From an uncultured Alphaproteobacteria bacterium (GTDB lineage: Bacteria > Pseudomonadota > Alphaproteobacteria > Rickettsiales > UBA1997), in assembly GCA_903927415.1 (NCBI GenBank), contig CAIYMZ010000066.1, forward strand, positions 1-37,049: DNA of 37,049 nt, in the 5' to 3' direction. This document shows, piece by piece, positions 9,688 through 19,029 of this stretch. Every line of letters starts with the position of its first letter. Within the stretch, counting starts at the first letter, position 1. The notes beneath the pieces are model-generated. The model was given only the letters and a program-made list of their open reading frames with translations. It searched no databases and was not told the DNA's origin. Position numbers and translations under genes: made by a program.

Positions 9688-10971
9688 TTATTTTTTACTT
9701 TTTGCCTTCGCCCGCGCCCCAATCCTTAACCGCAACGCATTCAACTTAATAAACCCCGCCGCGTCCTTTTGGTCGTAAACTGAATCTTCCTCAAAAGTCA
9801 CATGCGCTTCGGAATAAAGACTTTTCACCGACTCGCGTCCCATCACGTAAACCGTGCCTTTGTAGAGTTTCAGCCTCACCTTTCCTTCAACATTTTCCTG
9901 CGATTTGTCAATCAGTGCCTGCAGCATTTCGCGTTCGGGCGAGAACCAAAATCCGTTGTAAATCAGGCTGGCATATTTCGGCATTAGCTCGTCTTTGAGG
10001 TGCGCGGCTTCGCGGTCGAGGGTGATTGATTCGATGGCGCGGTGTGCGGTTAGTAAAATTGTTCCGCCCGGTGTTTCGTAAACGCCGCGGGATTTCATGC
10101 CGACGAAACGGTTTTCGACCAAGTCTAGACGGCCGATTCCGTTGGCGCCGCCGAGTTCGTTGAGCTTTGTTAAAATTGCGGCGGGGGATAATTTTTTGCC
10201 GTTGATGGCGATTGGATCGCCGTTTTTAAATTCGACCTCGATGATTGTAGCCTTGTCCGGCGCGGCTTCTGGGCTCACCGTGCGCTGATAAACATATTCC
10301 GGCGCCGGCTGACTTGGATCCTCCAAAACTTTTCCTTCGCTTGAAGTGTGCAGCAAATTCGCATCCACCGAATAAGGCGCCTCACCGCGCTTATCCTTCG
10401 CCACAGGAATTTGATTTTTTTCGGCGTAGTCGATGAGTTTCGTGCGCGAGGTTAAATCCCACTCACGCCACGGCGCGATGATTTTGATGTCGGGCTTGTT
10501 GGCGTAGTAGCTGAGTTCGAAACGGACTTGGTCATTGCCCTTTCCAGTGGCGCCGTGAGCGACTGCATCGGCTCCAACCATTTTGGCGATTTCGATTTGT
10601 CTTTTGGCAATTAGCGGACGCGCGATTGAAGTGCCGAGCAAATAAACACCTTCGTACAAAGTGTTGGCGCGGAACATCGGGAAGACGTAATCGCGGACAA
10701 ATTCTTCGCGCAAATCTTCGATAAAAATTTGCTTCACACCCATTTTTTTGGCTTTGATGCGCGCCGGCTCAAGCTCTTCGCCTTGTCCTAAATCGGCGGT
10801 GAAAGTGATCACCTCGCAGCCATAATTTTCCTGCAGCCATTTTAAAATTACGGAAGTGTCGAGTCCGCCGGAATAAGCGAGCACGACTTTTTTAATTTTA
10901 CCGGCGGCAACACCTGAGGTTTTAATTTTATCAATGGAAGCAACGGCGGTTTTCACTTTTCTATTTTTCAT
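9688..10971 (-). CDS. argG: argininosuccinate synthase
   Basis: [56 protein letters not shown]. Confidence 0.97.
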   Translation of the reverse strand: MKNRKVKTAVASIDKIKTSGVAAGKIKKVVLAYSGGLDTSVILKWLQENYGCEVITFTADLGQGEELEPARIKAKKMGVKQIFIEDLREEFVRDYVFPMFRANTLYEGVYLLGTSIARPLIAKRQIEIAKMVGADAVAHGATGKGNDQVRFELSYYANKPDIKIIAPWREWDLTSRTKLIDYAEKNQIPVAKDKRGEAPYSVDANLLHTSSEGKVLEDPSQPAPEYVYQRTVSPEAAPDKATIIEVEFKNGDPIAINGKKLSPAAILTKLNELGGANGIGRLDLVENRFVGMKSRGVYETPGGTILLTAHRAIESITLDREAAHLKDELMPKYASLIYNGFWFSPEREMLQALIDKSQENVEGKVRLKLYKGTVYVMGRESVKSLYSEAHVTFEEDSVYDQKDAAGFIKLNALRLRIGARAKAKSKK

Positions 10972-11077
10972 TTGAAATTTTTGATTGATTGATAAAGATG
11001 ATTTTGGTTTTGTTTGAAACCAGCTTCAAGCCACGTCCAGCGCCATTTCTCACGAATTTTTTCTCAGAAAAATTAAA

Positions 11078-11512
11078 ATGCAAATAAAAGAAATTCAGAC
11101 TCGCGAGGAAATTTTTAAAACCTTTGCGGTGTTGCTGCAGATCTATGATGATCTCAATCGCGATAGTTACGTTGAGGATATTTTGAACATGATGCAACGT
11201 GGCTACAGAATGGCCGCAGTATTCGAAGATAAGGATGTAAATGACGGACGCTGCATCGGCATCACTGGCGTACGTGTCGTTCGAAAATTGCATTATGGCA
11301 AAGCGATTGAGATCGAAGATTTCATGATTGATCGCGAGAAGCGTGGCCTCGGCGTCGGCAAAATGTTGATTCGTTGGATCGATTGGCAAGCCACTATTTT
11401 CGGCTGCAAAAATATCGTCGGTAACCTTGAAACTAAAAGACTTGAATCACAAAAAATTTTTTCTCGTGAGAAGTTTATTTTGGATGGATTTTTTTTCCGC
11501 AAGTGTTGTTAA
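11078..11512 (+). CDS. GNAT-family N-acetyltransferase
   Basis: IEDFMIDREKRGLGVGKMLI acetyl-CoA binding motif A; size typical of a single GNAT domain. Confidence 0.85.
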   Translation: MQIKEIQTREEIFKTFAVLLQIYDDLNRDSYVEDILNMMQRGYRMAAVFEDKDVNDGRCIGITGVRVVRKLHYGKAIEIEDFMIDREKRGLGVGKMLIRWIDWQATIFGCKNIVGNLETKRLESQKIFSREKFILDGFFFRKCC

Positions 11513-11614
11513 TTAAAAAAATGCTTTTTTACTACAAGCACGCTCGCACAAATCGTTCGGACAAAACTTCCACCCTCACTTACCTCACTTATAAACTTTC
11601 AAAAATAGGTATTT

Positions 11615-12064
11615 ATGCCACTTACACTTGATTCATCAGCAGACGCAGCTCAAAAATTAGGAAACTACAAATGGGATGCTGTTTGGACTCTAGGATTAAC
11701 AGCTGGAGCAATTATAATGACCGCAGCTGGTTATGCTGACTACGCTGGAGCAGCTGGTGGTCATGCCGCATATCTTGGAGCTGCAGCACTTTTTGGAGCT
11801 GTAACTTCTGCCGCTAGCATTTATAAATTGGCAAGAAGTTTTTCTAAAAGGAGTGAAGTGGCTGATGAGGTGGCAGGAGTAATAATGCAAGAGCAGACCT
11901 ATAGGAGAGGCGCAGAAGCAGAATTAGATCGAGTAGCAATAGACATGCAGACTCTCCAAACTGATCCAACTATTGCAGCAGCTCCGGCAGTAGGCGCTCT
12001 AATAGGCGCGAAAGCAACACAACTACACCAACATCGTGCTACATTAGCGACTCAGCGCGTATAA
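11615..12064 (+). CDS. hypothetical membrane protein (two closely spaced hydrophobic segments followed by a helical region)
   Basis: 149-aa ORF filling the intergenic gap, with AGGT upstream of the ATG; Ala/Gly-rich hydrophobic hairpin. Confidence 0.7.
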   Translation: MPLTLDSSADAAQKLGNYKWDAVWTLGLTAGAIIMTAAGYADYAGAAGGHAAYLGAAALFGAVTSAASIYKLARSFSKRSEVADEVAGVIMQEQTYRRGAEAELDRVAIDMQTLQTDPTIAAAPAVGALIGAKATQLHQHRATLATQRV

Positions 12065-12138
12065 GAACCTGTCAGCGGAAATTTTATTTTTGATGTCCAA
12101 AACCTGTATTAAAACTCAGTAAGTCATAAAAAAATAAA

Positions 12139-13065
12139 ATGCCCGCCAACCAACGCAGCAAATCCAACTACTACCTCCACAAATATTTCATCATCCCCAT
12201 AAAAATTTTACGCACCGCAATCATTGATACCGTAAGGCAAGATGGTATCGAACATGCCGGCTATTTAGCTTTTTTGAGCATTCTGTCACTATTCCCTTTT
12301 TTAATTTTTTTAATCTCGATCATCGGATATCTTGGCGCTTCCGAAATCGGCGCTCAGTTTGTACAAACAATTTTAGCATCAGCTCCAAAAGAAGTAATTG
12401 GCGCCCTAGCACCACGCGTCAATGAAATAATTTCCGGTCCGCCACAAAGTTTTTTAACCATCGCAATTATTGGCGTGATTTGGACAGCATCGTCGTCTGT
12501 TGAAGGATGTCGCACAATTTTAAATCGCGCTTATCGCGTGGCACTGCCACCACCATATCTCTGGCGCCGCTTCATCAGCATTTTGGAATTCATCGTAATT
12601 ATTTTTATCATCGTTGTCGGCATTATGATTTTCATTTTTGCGCCGATAATTCTGAAAGTGGTTGAAGAAAATTTTCACTTCAAATTTCACATCGATTACG
12701 ACTTTTTTTATCTGCGTCATTTGGCAATTTTTACCGTGTTAACTTGTGCCACTTCGCTGCTTTATTATGCCCTACCCAATGCCAAACAAAAAATTACTCA
12801 AACCGTTCCTGGATCAATATTGACAGTAATTCTCTGGGTCGCGCTCGAAAATTTATTCGCGATTTTTTTGGAAAATTTTCATCAATTTAATTTTGTTTAC
12901 GGATCACTCGCCGGCGTCATAATTTCGCTGATGTTTTTTTATTTGATCAGTTTGGTTTTTATTCTCGGCGCAGAATTTAATTACCATTTCCATCGCACTT
13001 ACCAAATATTTTTGAACCCAAAAGTTTCGCGCCGCGCCAAATCTTCACCAAAAAAAAAGAGATGA
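12139..13065 (+). CDS. YihY / virulence factor BrkB family membrane protein
   Basis: AGYLAFLSILSLFPFL, WTASS...LNRAY, YYALPN, YGSLAGVI, ILGAEFN. Confidence 0.9.
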   Translation: MPANQRSKSNYYLHKYFIIPIKILRTAIIDTVRQDGIEHAGYLAFLSILSLFPFLIFLISIIGYLGASEIGAQFVQTILASAPKEVIGALAPRVNEIISGPPQSFLTIAIIGVIWTASSSVEGCRTILNRAYRVALPPPYLWRRFISILEFIVIIFIIVVGIMIFIFAPIILKVVEENFHFKFHIDYDFFYLRHLAIFTVLTCATSLLYYALPNAKQKITQTVPGSILTVILWVALENLFAIFLENFHQFNFVYGSLAGVIISLMFFYLISLVFILGAEFNYHFHRTYQIFLNPKVSRRAKSSPKKKR

Positions 13066-14375
13066 ATTTGCCATTTTGGCCTGATCCACAGAGTCACAAC
13101 CACATTAATCTCGGACTGGATCGAGTTTTTGAATTACTCGCTCGGCTCAACAATCCTCACCTAAAAATTCCTCCAACAATTCACATCGCCGGCACTAACG
13201 GAAAAGGTTCGACACTAGCTTTTTTGCGCGCAATTTTTGCCGAAGCCGGACTAAAAATTCACAGCTACACTTCACCTCACCTCGTAAATTTTAACGAAAG
13301 AATTTTGCTCGCCGGCAAAGAAATTTCCGACGAATTTTTGGGGGAAATTTTAACAGAGTGCAAAGCAGCGGCAGAAAAATTTCCGCAAATTTCTATCACT
13401 TTTTTTGAAGGAATAACTGCGGCTGCATTCCTTGCCTTTAGCCGCGTCAAAGCTGATTTACTTTTACTTGAAACCGGCATGGGCGGAAGGTTGGATGCAA
13501 CAAATGTTTTGCCAGAAGTTTTGTGTTCAGTGATTACACCGATCGCTTTTGATCACGAAGAGTTTCTTGGAAAAACTTTGGCAAAAATCGCGCGAGAAAA
13601 AGCGGGGATCATCAAAAAAAATTGTCCTGTTTTTGTCGGAAAGCAAAAAAAATCTGCGCTGCGAGTGATTGAAGAAAGAGCTCAGATAATGGGTTCAGAA
13701 GCAATCTGTCGACTGTCGACCGTCAACTGTCAACCATCTTTAGAAGGTGAGTATCAAAAAGAAAATGCCTCACTAGCTGTTACTGTTGCACTTACACAAA
13801 AACAGTTTCACGTCACGCAAAAACAAATTGAGAATGGCCTCAAAAAAACTTTTTGGCCCGCACGTTTGCAAAAAATTTCTGCGGGGAAATTTTTTAAGAT
13901 GCTGCCGAAAAATTGTGAGCTTTACCTCGATGGCAGCCATAATTTACAAGGAGCGGGGACGGTGAGAGAGTTTTTGAAAAGTAAAAAATACTCCTCGTCA
14001 TCCTTGGCGCACCAGCGCCGAGGATCTCGTGACTCACAAGATCCTCGGCCTTTCAGGCCAAGGATGACGAAAATAATCGTAATTTTCTCGATGCTAAAAG
14101 ATAAAAACTGCGAAGGTTTTTTAAGAAAAATTGCACCACAAATTGATCAACTAATAGCGCTAGAAATTCCGAATGAATCTCGATCACGCAGCGCTGCAAA
14201 CATCAAAAAGATCGCCAAAAAAATTGGAATAAAGTCAACAACAGCAGAAAATTTTGAAGAGGCTGTAGGAAAAATTTCTGCAAAAATTAAAACTGGTGAA
14301 GATGTTCTGGTGTTGGCCTGCGGCTCACTTTATTTGGCTGGAGAATTTTTGAAAAAAAATTATCTGACGACATAA
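13062..14375 (+). CDS. folC: bifunctional folylpolyglutamate synthase / dihydrofolate synthase, carrying two repeat-derived segments
   Basis: IHIAGTNGKGST, YTSPHL, ETGMGGRLDATN, EKAGIIK, WPARLQ, DGSHN, GSLYLAG. Confidence 0.95.
   Translation: MNLPFWPDPQSHNHINLGLDRVFELLARLNNPHLKIPPTIHIAGTNGKGSTLAFLRAIFAEAGLKIHSYTSPHLVNFNERILLAGKEISDEFLGEILTECKAAAEKFPQISITFFEGITAAAFLAFSRVKADLLLLETGMGGRLDATNVLPEVLCSVITPIAFDHEEFLGKTLAKIAREKAGIIKKNCPVFVGKQKKSALRVIEERAQIMGSEAICRLSTVNCQPSLEGEYQKENASLAVTVALTQKQFHVTQKQIENGLKKTFWPARLQKISAGKFFKMLPKNCELYLDGSHNLQGAGTVREFLKSKKYSSSSLAHQRRGSRDSQDPRPFRPRMTKIIVIFSMLKDKNCEGFLRKIAPQIDQLIALEIPNESRSRSAANIKKIAKKIGIKSTTAENFEEAVGKISAKIKTGEDVLVLACGSLYLAGEFLKKNYLTT
13706..13738. repeat. 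heptamer tandem tract inside folC
   Basis: CTGTCGA CTGTCGA CCGTCAA CTGTCAA CCATC, translated CRLSTVNCQP. Confidence 0.8.
13995..14070. repeat. palindromic element (RPE-like, CGTCA-tagged) in frame inside folC
   Basis: TCGTCATCCTTGGC (13995-14008) pairs with GCCAAGGATGACGA (14057-14070); GCCGAGGATCT pairs with AGATCCTCGGC; translated SSSLAHQRRGSRDSQDPRPFRPRMT. Confidence 0.92.
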
Positions 14376-14776
14376 TCCAAAAATTGTGCGATACAAAAAA
14401 TATCAATCATCATCGTCACAAAAACCGGATCCCAATCCGTTAGTGATTCCTGCAAAAATAATTTGCGTATGAATTTTTTACCGCGCTCTTTGCGCGCTTC
14501 TTCTCTCAACCGCTCCTTTTCTTCTTTGCTTAATTTTGGTTTTTTTGGCGCGCATTTTTTTAGCACGTAAATGTGCCAAGAAAAATAAACAACCATCAGC
14601 AATGAAATCAAAATATCCAAAAAACTGAAGCTGTTAATTTTTACGATGCGATCAACGATGAAGTAAGCGATGGCATATCCCATCACTCCCCACCACCAAA
14701 TCACATTACTCACTTTTTCTTCACCATTCATCGCAGCTCTGAACGAGGTTTCGATTTTTTTTAAAACGTCTTTCAT
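14360..14776 (-). CDS. hypothetical membrane protein
   Basis: Two to three hydrophobic segments around a K/R/E-rich helix; start trimmed to the ATG at 14776 (MKDVLKK), just after the nuoC stop. Confidence 0.7.
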   Translation of the reverse strand: MKDVLKKIETSFRAAMNGEEKVSNVIWWWGVMGYAIAYFIVDRIVKINSFSFLDILISLLMVVYFSWHIYVLKKCAPKKPKLSKEEKERLREEARKERGKKFIRKLFLQESLTDWDPVFVTMMIDIFCIAQFLDYVVR

Positions 14777-14780
14777 AAAA

Positions 14781-15374
14781 TTATTTTTTGTTGGTGAGCG
14801 CGTATTTTGCACCTTCCCATGGTGTTTCAAAATCGAAATTGCGGAACTCTTGCATCAGCTTCACTGGCTCATAAATAACTTTTTTTTGCTCTGCATCGTA
14901 ACGAACTTCCTTGTATCCCGTCAGCGGAAAATCTTTGCGTAGTGGATGACCTTCGAAGTCATAATCAGTGAGAATGCGTCGTAGATCAGGATGATCAGAA
15001 AAAACAATGCCATACATATCGAAAGCTTCACGCTCAAACCAACCTGCCGCACTAAAAACCCTTGTGGTCGTGGGAACAATCTCACCATCATGGAGTGCAA
15101 CTTTAACGGTGAGACGATTATTCAACTTGTAGCTCAAGAGATTGTAAATCACTTCAAAACGCGGCTCTCTAATGCCGAGAAGGTCAGCTCCGAAAAGATC
15201 GAGCAAAGTTTTAAAGGAAAGATTTTCGTCATCGCGCAGAAAAGTTAGAAATTCGACGAGCTTTTCCGGCGCGATGTAAATGATGAGATTTCCGTGCTGG
15301 ATTGGCTCGACGACATTCGCATCAGCAAAATTTTCTTTGATGTAGATGGCTTGCGCCTCGAGATTTTGATTCAT
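14781..15374 (-). CDS. nuoC: NADH-quinone oxidoreductase subunit C
   Basis: RFEVIYNLLS, WFEREAFDMYG, HPDLRRILTDYDFEGHPLRKDFP; start trimmed to the ATG at 15374 (MNQNLE). Confidence 0.95.
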   Translation of the reverse strand: MNQNLEAQAIYIKENFADANVVEPIQHGNLIIYIAPEKLVEFLTFLRDDENLSFKTLLDLFGADLLGIREPRFEVIYNLLSYKLNNRLTVKVALHDGEIVPTTTRVFSAAGWFEREAFDMYGIVFSDHPDLRRILTDYDFEGHPLRKDFPLTGYKEVRYDAEQKKVIYEPVKLMQEFRNFDFETPWEGAKYALTNKK

Positions 15375-15375
15375 T

Positions 15376-15900
15376 TTACCTTTTAAATTTTCCGGTTCTG
15401 CGAATTTTTCTTTGCAATAATAAAACACCGTAGAGCAACGCCTCGGCAGTTGGAGGACATCCTGGAACGTAAACATCAACTGGCACAATTCGATCACAAC
15501 CACGCACGACTGAGTAAGAGTAATGGTAGTAGCCGCCGCCATTGGCACAGCTTCCCATTGAAATCACGTAGCGCGGCTCAGCCATTTGATCGTAAACTTT
15601 GCGCAAAGCCGGCGCCATTTTGTTAGTTAAAGTTCCGGCGACGATCATGACATCAGACTGCCTTGGACTTGGACGAAAGACTATTCCAAAACGATCGAGA
15701 TCGTAGCGACTTGCAGCGGTTTGCATCATTTCAACCGCGCAGCAGGCAAGACCGAAAGTCATCGGCCAAAGTGAACCTGTGCGCGCCCAATTCGCTAGGT
15801 CATCAAGCTTCGCGGTAATGAAGCCGCGATTGTTAATCTCGTCTGAGACTTGGGTTGGAAGGGCGTCTTGGTTGAGGAGGGAGAGATTGTGATTCATCAT
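15376..15900 (-). CDS. nuoB: NADH-quinone oxidoreductase subunit B
   Basis: [32 protein letters not shown]. Confidence 0.97.
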   Translation of the reverse strand: MMNHNLSLLNQDALPTQVSDEINNRGFITAKLDDLANWARTGSLWPMTFGLACCAVEMMQTAASRYDLDRFGIVFRPSPRQSDVMIVAGTLTNKMAPALRKVYDQMAEPRYVISMGSCANGGGYYHYSYSVVRGCDRIVPVDVYVPGCPPTAEALLYGVLLLQRKIRRTGKFKR

Positions 15901-15913
15901 AAATCGTAATTTA

Positions 15914-15993
15914 ATCGTAAGTCGTAAGTCGATAGTCGTAAGTCAATCTGAGCTCGATTTGACTTACGACTTACGACTATCGACTTACGACTT
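15914..15993. repeat. inverted pair of heptamer tandem tracts (long hairpin) between nuoA and nuoB
   Basis: ATCGTAA GTCGTAA GTCGATA GTCGTAA GTCAATC ... GATTTGAC TTACGAC TTACGAC TATCGAC TTACGAC. Confidence 0.92.
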
Positions 15994-15998
15994 TTTTA

Positions 15999-16412
15999 TT
16001 ATTTCCATTCTAGAGCTCCGCGCTTCCATTCGTAAATGAAACCAATGGTGAGCAAAGCTAAAAAGGCCATCATTGACCAAAATCCGAAAACACCAATTTT
16101 TCCGAGAGACACCGCCCATGGAAAAAGAAATGCGACTTCGAGATCAAAAATTATGAATAAAATTGCGACGAGATAAAATTGTACATCGAACTCATTTCGT
16201 ACTTTCCCCTCACCTTCAAAACCACATTCATAAGGCGAATTTTTTTCACGATCTGGACGCATTTTATTCAGCAAAAATGGCACGACAATTATCGCGCAGG
16301 AAAGTCCAATTGCCACTGCGAGAAATAATAAAATCGGAAAATATTGCGACGAGACAAGATCAGCGCTAACAACGGTTTGCAGCGCTTGAGAAATGTGTTC
16401 AGGACAGTCCAT
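15999..16412 (-). CDS. nuoA: NADH-quinone oxidoreductase subunit A
   Basis: [41 protein letters not shown]. Confidence 0.97.
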   Translation of the reverse strand: MDCPEHISQALQTVVSADLVSSQYFPILLFLAVAIGLSCAIIVVPFLLNKMRPDREKNSPYECGFEGEGKVRNEFDVQFYLVAILFIIFDLEVAFLFPWAVSLGKIGVFGFWSMMAFLALLTIGFIYEWKRGALEWK

Positions 16413-16496
16413 TTTGTTTGATTGAATTTAAGAAGTGGGCGAATAATTTTCGCGCGAAAACTAATTTTCATCAAAACAAAATCAATTCAAAAAATC

Positions 16497-17366
16497 ATGA
16501 CCGCAGAAACTTACACGGCAATTGTCACGCCTTTCAAACACAATAAAATCGATGAAAAATCTTTAGAAAAAATTGTCGAGTTTCAGATTAAAAATGGCGT
16601 GACCGGAATTGTGCCTTGCGGCACAACTGGAGAATCTCCAACTCTTTCACATGATGAACATAATTTGGTGATTGAGCTCTGCGTTAAGATCGCAAAAAAA
16701 AGAATTAAGATCATGGCCGGCACTGGCTCGAACTCAACTGACGAAGCTGTGATGATGACAAAACATGCGAAAAAAGTTGGGGCAGATTCTTGTTTGGTTG
16801 TCGCGCCTTACTACAATAAACCAACTCCTGAAGGAGTTTTTCAGCACTACAGAGCTTTGGATAAATGCGGCATTCCGCTCTACATTTACAACGTTCCGGG
16901 ACGTTCTGTGATTAATATTTCCGACGAAAATTTAGCGCGTATTTCTGAATTAAAAAACGTGGTTGGAATTAAAGATGCGACTGGAGATCTCGCTAGAATC
17001 GCAACTCTGCGCCTGTTGATTCAGAAAAAATTTTCCTACCTTTCCGGCGAAGATGTGACTGCAGTTGGATTCAATGCGATGGGTGGAAATGGCGTAATTT
17101 CAGTCACCGCAAACATTACACCGAAGCTTGTGGTAGCACTGCAAAAAGCCACAGAAAAAGGTGATTATAAAACTGCTCTAAAACTTCAGGATCAACTTAC
17201 AAATTTACATGATGTGATGTTCTGCGAAACTAATCCGATCCCAGTAAAATACGCCGCAAGCCTGATTGGACTTTGTAGTCCAGAAACCCGTCTACCGCTT
17301 GTCACGCCATCCTCAGCAGCAAAAGAAAAAATTGAGAAAGAAATGAAAAAATTGGGGCTAATTTAA
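16497..17366 (+). CDS. dapA: 4-hydroxy-tetrahydrodipicolinate synthase
   Basis: TAIVTPF, CGTTGESPTL, APYYNKP, YNVPGR, GIKDATGD, TNPIPVK; start trimmed to the ATG at 16497. Confidence 0.95.
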   Translation: MTAETYTAIVTPFKHNKIDEKSLEKIVEFQIKNGVTGIVPCGTTGESPTLSHDEHNLVIELCVKIAKKRIKIMAGTGSNSTDEAVMMTKHAKKVGADSCLVVAPYYNKPTPEGVFQHYRALDKCGIPLYIYNVPGRSVINISDENLARISELKNVVGIKDATGDLARIATLRLLIQKKFSYLSGEDVTAVGFNAMGGNGVISVTANITPKLVVALQKATEKGDYKTALKLQDQLTNLHDVMFCETNPIPVKYAASLIGLCSPETRLPLVTPSSAAKEKIEKEMKKLGLI

Positions 17367-18485
17367 AGTTTTCATCTCAGCATTCAGCTCAAGCAATTTG
17401 TTTTCTGATACGAATTGCGGAAAAGATTTGATGGTTTTTTTCAGCATTCCAAAACTTTGCTGTAAAGCCGTTATTCCGTAGGCATTAAACAAAACTTCTG
17501 GTGACAAAATAATTTTCATTTCATGCCGATTATCCTTGTTGAATTGCTTAATCATCGCAATCAAATCTGATGAAAAAAACTTTAGCCAAGTAGCATTAAA
17601 AAGATTTTTTTTCATTTGCCGATATTTTTCGATCCGATTTACCGCATCGACATTTTTATATTCCCGCGCAATTTTTAACGCACTATCCCACTTACCAACA
17701 CCCCAAGCGAGCAGCATTGAGACTATATCCACATCGTTGTGCTTTGCAGCAAATTCTAGCACATTCAAACCAAGAATTGTTTCTTTTTCACGATTAATTC
17801 CGGAGTTTAAAAGCGCAGAAACTATTTCTTTGTGACCCCCAATCACGGCATAATGCAAGGCGGTCATACGCTGATTATCGTCAATGGTTTGAACATTTTT
17901 TGACACCCCGATCGAAAGCAAAAATTTTGCTACACTCGTTCTACCAAACTCAACAGCAATCACAAGCGGCGTCAAACCAAAATAAGTTTTTACCTCCCTA
18001 TCCACTCCAGCTTGTATCAAGGTCTCAACAACTTGTTGATGACCCTGTTGAGCAGCGTAATGAATTGGAACCCATTGACGATTTTGCACCGCATCATGTG
18101 GACTTTGCTTTGCCCCAGCAGCAAGAAGGATTTGGGTGACAGATAGGTGTCCATTGCTTGCAGCAAAATGTAATGGTGTGAAAAAATCATCATTCACAGC
18201 ATCAACATAGGCTTTGTCATTCTCAACTAGAGCAAGAATTTTTGTCATACTCACATCATCGCCAAACTTTGCAGCAATATGCAAAACACTATTTTTCAGA
18301 GATCCAAATCTTAGATTTAACAGATTTTTCTTTTCTTCCAAACTTGGCAGCGCCTCTATTTCCGCAACAAAATTCGCTATCGTAGATTTTGCAGCATCAA
18401 CCTCCTGTGGCGAGATTCTCGATAATTTTTTTTCTGCATATTGGTTTAAAAAATTTTGTAATTCTGCTTGTAATTCTGGTCTCAT
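17358..18485 (-). CDS. ankyrin repeat protein
   Basis: About six ankyrin repeats (SVLHIAA, TPLHFAA, VPIHYAA, TPLVIAV, TALHYAV, NVLEFAA); likely start at the ATG at 18485 (MRPELQ). Confidence 0.9.
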   Translation of the reverse strand: MRPELQAELQNFLNQYAEKKLSRISPQEVDAAKSTIANFVAEIEALPSLEEKKNLLNLRFGSLKNSVLHIAAKFGDDVSMTKILALVENDKAYVDAVNDDFFTPLHFAASNGHLSVTQILLAAGAKQSPHDAVQNRQWVPIHYAAQQGHQQVVETLIQAGVDREVKTYFGLTPLVIAVEFGRTSVAKFLLSIGVSKNVQTIDDNQRMTALHYAVIGGHKEIVSALLNSGINREKETILGLNVLEFAAKHNDVDIVSMLLAWGVGKWDSALKIAREYKNVDAVNRIEKYRQMKKNLFNATWLKFFSSDLIAMIKQFNKDNRHEMKIILSPEVLFNAYGITALQQSFGMLKKTIKSFPQFVSENKLLELNAEMKTLN

Positions 18486-18504
18486 AAAAATTTTAAAAGT
18501 TAAT

Positions 18505-19029
18505 CTATCGCCCTCTAGCATGTTGACGCCCAGCTTGACGCTCTTTTGCTTCAACCATACTTGCCCAAAAACCTTTATCCCCGCGCTTCTTTAGAGTTTG
18601 TGCCGATTGAATCAGATAAGTCAATTTCTGCCCCAAAATCATTGATGTCCAAAAACCAACTGGTTTAACGATATCAACGATATCAACTCGATTCATTTCT
18701 CTCCCAGCCAACTCCTGCTCTTCAGACGGAATAATTTCATAACTTCCGCTCTGATGTGAATTTTTCTTTTCTTTTATTTCAGCTTTTACCGCGGAATGAG
18801 CTCGAGGAATTTCATTTTTTTTCAATGATAATTCTTCGTCTTCTTTGAGATATTTTTTATTTTTTGGTAAAATCTTTTTACTAATTTTCTTGAGATCTTG
18901 ATAGCGCTTATAGGCCTGATTGACGCAAAAAAATAGAATTAATCGTGTTAATAAAATCAGAAAAAAAACCACCACAAAAATCACCGATAAAATTGGTAAA
19001 GTTTTTTTCAGAGTGATTAAAATTTCCAT
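18505..19029 (-). CDS. hypothetical protein with an N-terminal membrane anchor
   Basis: One hydrophobic segment (aa ~12-35), basic linker, duplicated GFW(T/A)SM motif, Arg-rich C-terminus. Confidence 0.7.
   Translation of the reverse strand: MEILITLKKTLPILSVIFVVVFFLILLTRLILFFCVNQAYKRYQDLKKISKKILPKNKKYLKEDEELSLKKNEIPRAHSAVKAEIKEKKNSHQSGSYEIIPSEEQELAGREMNRVDIVDIVKPVGFWTSMILGQKLTYLIQSAQTLKKRGDKGFWASMVEAKERQAGRQHARGR

Noticed and set aside
10961-11389. 142-aa minus-strand ORF
   Set aside because: Antisense shadow of the GNAT gene, which has a clear motif.
11078-11512. GNAT as an ArgA substitute because it is divergent from argG
   Set aside because: Only adjacency supports this; I see no ArgA-specific features.
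15914-15993. Possible CRISPR array from the repeated units
   Set aside because: Units are 7-bp tandem repeats with no spacers, and no cas genes are present.
14781-16412. nuo operon stopping after nuoC, and the F0 cluster lacking atpI and F1 genes
   Set aside because: Split nuo and atp clusters are common in this group; not novel.
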